The notes under the pieces were generated by a model, which was given only the letters and a program-made list of their open reading frames with translations, made no database searches and was not told where the DNA came from. This document shows, one piece after another, positions 49,628-52,786 of a DNA stretch of 52,786 bases (positions are counted from its first letter, which is position 1; the number at the start of each line of letters is the position of its first letter). The translations under genes were made by a program, and so were the position numbers. Origin of the DNA: Ilumatobacteraceae bacterium (GTDB lineage: Bacteria > Actinomycetota > Acidimicrobiia > Acidimicrobiales > Ilumatobacteraceae); contig JAFMEI010000001.1 of NCBI GenBank assembly GCA_017856815.1, forward strand, positions 1 to 52,786, read 5' to 3'.

Positions 49628-50950
49628 ATGAAACGAGTCCTGTTAGCACTGGGTCTATTGGCCGCGGTACTGAGCGTGCCGGTCCAAACGAACGCCCGCA
49701 AAGACCTGAGTCCCGCGCGCGCCCTACCAAATCTCACCTATAGACCGTTGGTCTTTGAGCGATATCCGCTCGACTTCAGTGCATTTGATGACGCGAGTTC
49801 TGATGACGACGGTCCATTTAACTTCAATGAACCAATCGGTGGATACCGACCAGTTAACTACTTGTTTGGAGATGAGCGTGGTGGTGGGATGGCCCCCGAG
49901 ATGAACCACACCTTCTACGGCATGGAACTCTCGACACCGGTCTACGCGGGAATTAGTGGAGTGATTAACCTCATCCAAGACAACCCGCAAACACCAACGC
50001 CACAGTGTGACTCAGAAATTTTCATTTCTCCTGACAGCCCAATCCAGCCGCTTTCGTATGGGCTTTACTTTGACCACATAATTCCTTCCGCTGATCTTCG
50101 GGCAGATTACGAAGCAAACGGAGCAGTCAGGGTAACTCCCGACACCGTGATTGGAACTGTGGGAATACGCGAAGACGGCGACTGTAATCCTGACAATGCT
50201 GGCTGGCTTGAAATTGCGATAATCCAGAACTACCCATATGACTGGACCAACATGGATCCAGGACTTGGTATGCCCACCCACGTAGCACAATGGTGTCCCG
50301 TTTTATTCATGCCTGAAGGAGCGAGTGCTCCGACAATGCCGAATCGTCCCGCAGTCACAGACGAACGATTCAGGCCACAAATACGCAGGCCAGATACACG
50401 CGGACCACGAATCGTGCAACGCACCCCTGCCCTCGGAGCGCGTGGGGTACGCAAGACTTCAAAGATCACCATCCGCTTCAACGAAAGAGTGACCATCACT
50501 CAGCGCGAAGATGCACGAGTTTCTGTTACTCGCCTCACGGCACAACCCGATCTCCGGGCCGTTTCAGGTACTAGTGGCAAAATTCGTTTGAGCCCTAACG
50601 GCAAGACCGTAACTATCGACACGGACACATTGAATTTACAAAACGCCAATATGTATGCCGTTCGCATTGATGGCTTTTTGTTTCGAGATGTTGCAGGTAA
50701 CGCATTTGCAGGTGTCAACGGTCTTGGGGATTGGAATTTCTCGGTTGGCCCCACCACTGTCCGACTGCCCTCTAGGACTTACAGAGATGTTCGATCTGAA
50801 ATCGAGAACCAGCTCCACAACATCATGGTCAAGTTCAACCGGATGGCGCCAGAGTCATACACGGAATATACGACCGAGCAATTGAACACCGAGTATGCGC
50901 TGTGCTCAACGACTGGGTTCCGTGACTCGATTGTGCATCAAGACAGCTAG
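49628..50950 (+). CDS. Secreted protein with degenerate M23-like region and Ig-like (Big_5/SbsA-type) domain
   Basis: Sec signal peptide; PVYA..SGV, YFDH, V.....IGTVG; DT.GP.I....P..GA.GV.....I.I.FNE.V...D.AGN...W.F; GGAGG RBS. Confidence 0.7.
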   Translation: MKRVLLALGLLAAVLSVPVQTNARKDLSPARALPNLTYRPLVFERYPLDFSAFDDASSDDDGPFNFNEPIGGYRPVNYLFGDERGGGMAPEMNHTFYGMELSTPVYAGISGVINLIQDNPQTPTPQCDSEIFISPDSPIQPLSYGLYFDHIIPSADLRADYEANGAVRVTPDTVIGTVGIREDGDCNPDNAGWLEIAIIQNYPYDWTNMDPGLGMPTHVAQWCPVLFMPEGASAPTMPNRPAVTDERFRPQIRRPDTRGPRIVQRTPALGARGVRKTSKITIRFNERVTITQREDARVSVTRLTAQPDLRAVSGTSGKIRLSPNGKTVTIDTDTLNLQNANMYAVRIDGFLFRDVAGNAFAGVNGLGDWNFSVGPTTVRLPSRTYRDVRSEIENQLHNIMVKFNRMAPESYTEYTTEQLNTEYALCSTTGFRDSIVHQDS

Positions 50951-51984
50951 GCAGCGGAGAACTTCACGCTGTGGAGCCCAGTAGCGCCCGACGGGAAAGT
51001 TCCCTGCTCGGCTTCCACTTGCTCCACGCCGTTTGCGTCAATCACCCGCACCGTTAGCAGTTGCTCCCCTACGGCAACTTCAATATCGGCGCGCCACTGT
51101 GCCCAGGCATCGCCAGAGTGACTTTCCACGATTTCGGCGTCCTGCCATTGGCCATCATTCAGCCGCACCTGCACTTTGCCAACACCGGCACGTGGCGCCC
51201 ATGCAAAGCCACCCGCGGTAAGTGCACCAGCTTTCACCTTGCCCGCTGGGCGAGGCAGGTCAATTCGACTCGATGACAACACGGGGCCTTCGGGGGTCCA
51301 GCCACGCACCACCCAATACGGATCAAAGGCATCCCATGTAGTTAATTCGAGATCAACCAACCATTTCGTTGCCGATACATAGCCAAAAAGTCCAGGCACG
51401 ATCATTCGCACTGGAAAGCCGTGTTTGGGAGTGAGTGGCTCTCCATTCATCGTGGTTACGAGCATTGCGTTGCGCCCGTCCATCACCGCGTCAACCGGCG
51501 TTCCACAGGTCCAGCCATCACTGCTTCGGCTCACAAGCTGCTCGGCACCAGATTGCACTCCGGCCATTCGTAAAACATCTGCAAGTGACACACCGCCCCA
51601 TACCGCGTTACCGATCTCATTGCCGCCGACCTCGTTTGATACACACGCCAATGTGATGGTGTCACTCATCTGAGGCATTGCTTCTAGATCTGCAAATGAG
51701 AGAGTCACTTCGGAATCAACCATGCCGTGGATCTTGAGCTGCCAAGAATCCTTTGCGAGTTCCGGAATTGACGGATATGCAGTATCAATACGGAAAAAAT
51801 CTTCGGTGGGCGTGATGAAGCTTTGTGGCGCAAGTCCCTCATCAAGCTTGATGAGCGGTACTGTGCTCGATGTGGAAGTCACTGTTTGGGGCCCATTTCC
51901 GCCAGCCAATAACTGATAGAGCGCGACCGCACCAACAGTGGCTGCTGCCCCACCGAAGAGTTGGCGTCGGGTCTGCTTTTCCAC
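50947..51984 (-). CDS. Tat-exported sulfite-oxidase-family molybdoenzyme
   Basis: TRRQLF twin-Arg, FFRID, TLACVSN.VGG..IGNA.W.G, HGFPVR.IVPGL.GY..ATKWL; start GTG 51984. Confidence 0.9.
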   Translation of the reverse strand: MEKQTRRQLFGGAAATVGAVALYQLLAGGNGPQTVTSTSSTVPLIKLDEGLAPQSFITPTEDFFRIDTAYPSIPELAKDSWQLKIHGMVDSEVTLSFADLEAMPQMSDTITLACVSNEVGGNEIGNAVWGGVSLADVLRMAGVQSGAEQLVSRSSDGWTCGTPVDAVMDGRNAMLVTTMNGEPLTPKHGFPVRMIVPGLFGYVSATKWLVDLELTTWDAFDPYWVVRGWTPEGPVLSSSRIDLPRPAGKVKAGALTAGGFAWAPRAGVGKVQVRLNDGQWQDAEIVESHSGDAWAQWRADIEVAVGEQLLTVRVIDANGVEQVEAEQGTFPSGATGLHSVKFSAA

Positions 51985-52044
51985 GTAGTTACTCTGCCTT
52001 CTACCATCACCGAATTCCACCCTCGCGACAGCAATAATTTGCAA

Positions 52045-52206
52045 ATGAGCGACACACCTATGCGCACGGATGCACCGGCACCGACCGAGTGCAACACTCG
52101 CTTTGGCATCTTCTCTGAATGCCCAATGTGCGGGTCCAAAATGTCTCCAGAACATGCCCACTACCGCTGCACCTCTTGTGGCTGGCGGGATTCCTGCTGT
52201 GACTGA
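52045..52206 (+). CDS. Small zinc-finger protein
   Basis: CPMCG...EHAHYRCTSCGWRDSCCD; 53 aa, one base before the hydrolase start. Confidence 0.75.
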   Translation: MSDTPMRTDAPAPTECNTRFGIFSECPMCGSKMSPEHAHYRCTSCGWRDSCCD

Positions 52207-52207
52207 T

Positions 52208-52786
52208 GTGAAACAAATCCGCCTGAACGGCATCGATACCCCATATCGCGATTCAGGAAGTGGTCCTGTGATTGTGTTCGTTCACGGCGCCTACATCGGT
52301 GGCGCAGTTTGGAATGACACGATTGCCAATCTCGATGGTTTTCGTTGCATAGCTCCAACGTTTGCCATGGGCGCACATTGCGCGCCGACCAACGGTGCTG
52401 ACGGGTCCACACGAGCGACCGTCGGTCGCATACTTGAGTTACTCGATGCACTCGACCTTCGTGACGTCACATTGGTGGGAAATGACACTGGAGGCGGCCT
52501 TTGCCTGGCCACGATCGGTGCAAGCCATCCGGCTGTTTCTCGTATCGCTCGACTCGTGTTGACCAACTGCGACTCCTACGAGCACTTTCCGCCCGAAGGC
52601 TTCGCCAAGATCACGCAGATGTGTGCGAAGAAACCAAAACTTGGTGGCTTCATTTTGAAAATGCTTTCAACTGGACGCGGTCGAAAGTTCTTTCTCAAGT
52701 CCGTTTGCGCTACTCCACCTTCCGCCTCAACATCAGCGGCGATCTTTGAGTGCTTCGGCAAGAACAGGGCCGTTGTTCGCGAGGCC
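52208..52786 (+). CDS. Alpha/beta hydrolase (Asp-nucleophile type), truncated at the window end
   Basis: My translation from GTG 52208: MKQIRLNGIDTPYRDSGSGPVIVFVHG...VTLVGNDTGG...RLVLTNCD; not in the ORF track because it has no stop in the window. Confidence 0.88.
   Translation, partial: MKQIRLNGIDTPYRDSGSGPVIVFVHGAYIGGAVWNDTIANLDGFRCIAPTFAMGAHCAPTNGADGSTRATVGRILELLDALDLRDVTLVGNDTGGGLCLATIGASHPAVSRIARLVLTNCDSYEHFPPEGFAKITQMCAKKPKLGGFILKMLSTGRGRKFFLKSVCATPPSASTSAAIFECFGKNRAVVREA

Overview
A gene-dense chromosomal segment, most likely from an Acidimicrobiia-type actinobacterium. The taxonomy is inferred from whiB, DUF3040, sepF, a type-2 IleRS, an F420-type LLM enzyme, and murB/queG in this context. 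Bases 1-20 kb hold a minus-strand division/cell-wall cluster (mraZ-rsmH-ftsL-ftsI-murE-mraY-murD-ftsW-murG-murC-murB-ftsQ-ftsZ-yggS-sepF-yggT-ileS-PAKK-repeat protein) that lacks murF, ddl, ftsA, pgeF, divIVA and an ileS T-box. Next come a lipoate-ligase-like gene, HNH, DUF3040, dinB, suhB, glpK, a ROK kinase, SRPBCC, a GT4, queG, trpD and whiB. A perR-rubrerythrin-FeS oxidoreductase-DUF3501 cluster is divergent from a glpD / alkyl-DHAP-synthase-like / membrane / atypical glycerol-kinase-paralog / ferritin-pair locus. The rest contains RNase P RNA (apparently without P18), a class A PBP, an LLM enzyme, an AT3-SGNH acyltransferase, rarD, a secreted M23-like/Ig-like protein, a Tat molybdoenzyme and an alpha/beta hydrolase. 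I saw no tRNA, rRNA, CRISPR, IS or prophage. The best candidate for an under-described system is the 34.8-41.1 kb locus, whose kinase has lost the residues that bind the distal glycerol hydroxyl, suggesting metabolism of O-substituted (ether/acyl) glycerols. Other notable signals are a long structured RNA between mraZ and rsmH, pervasive leaderless promoters including a 23-bp bidirectional one, and CRP-like boxes over two promoters. All family calls are by motif recognition, not database search.
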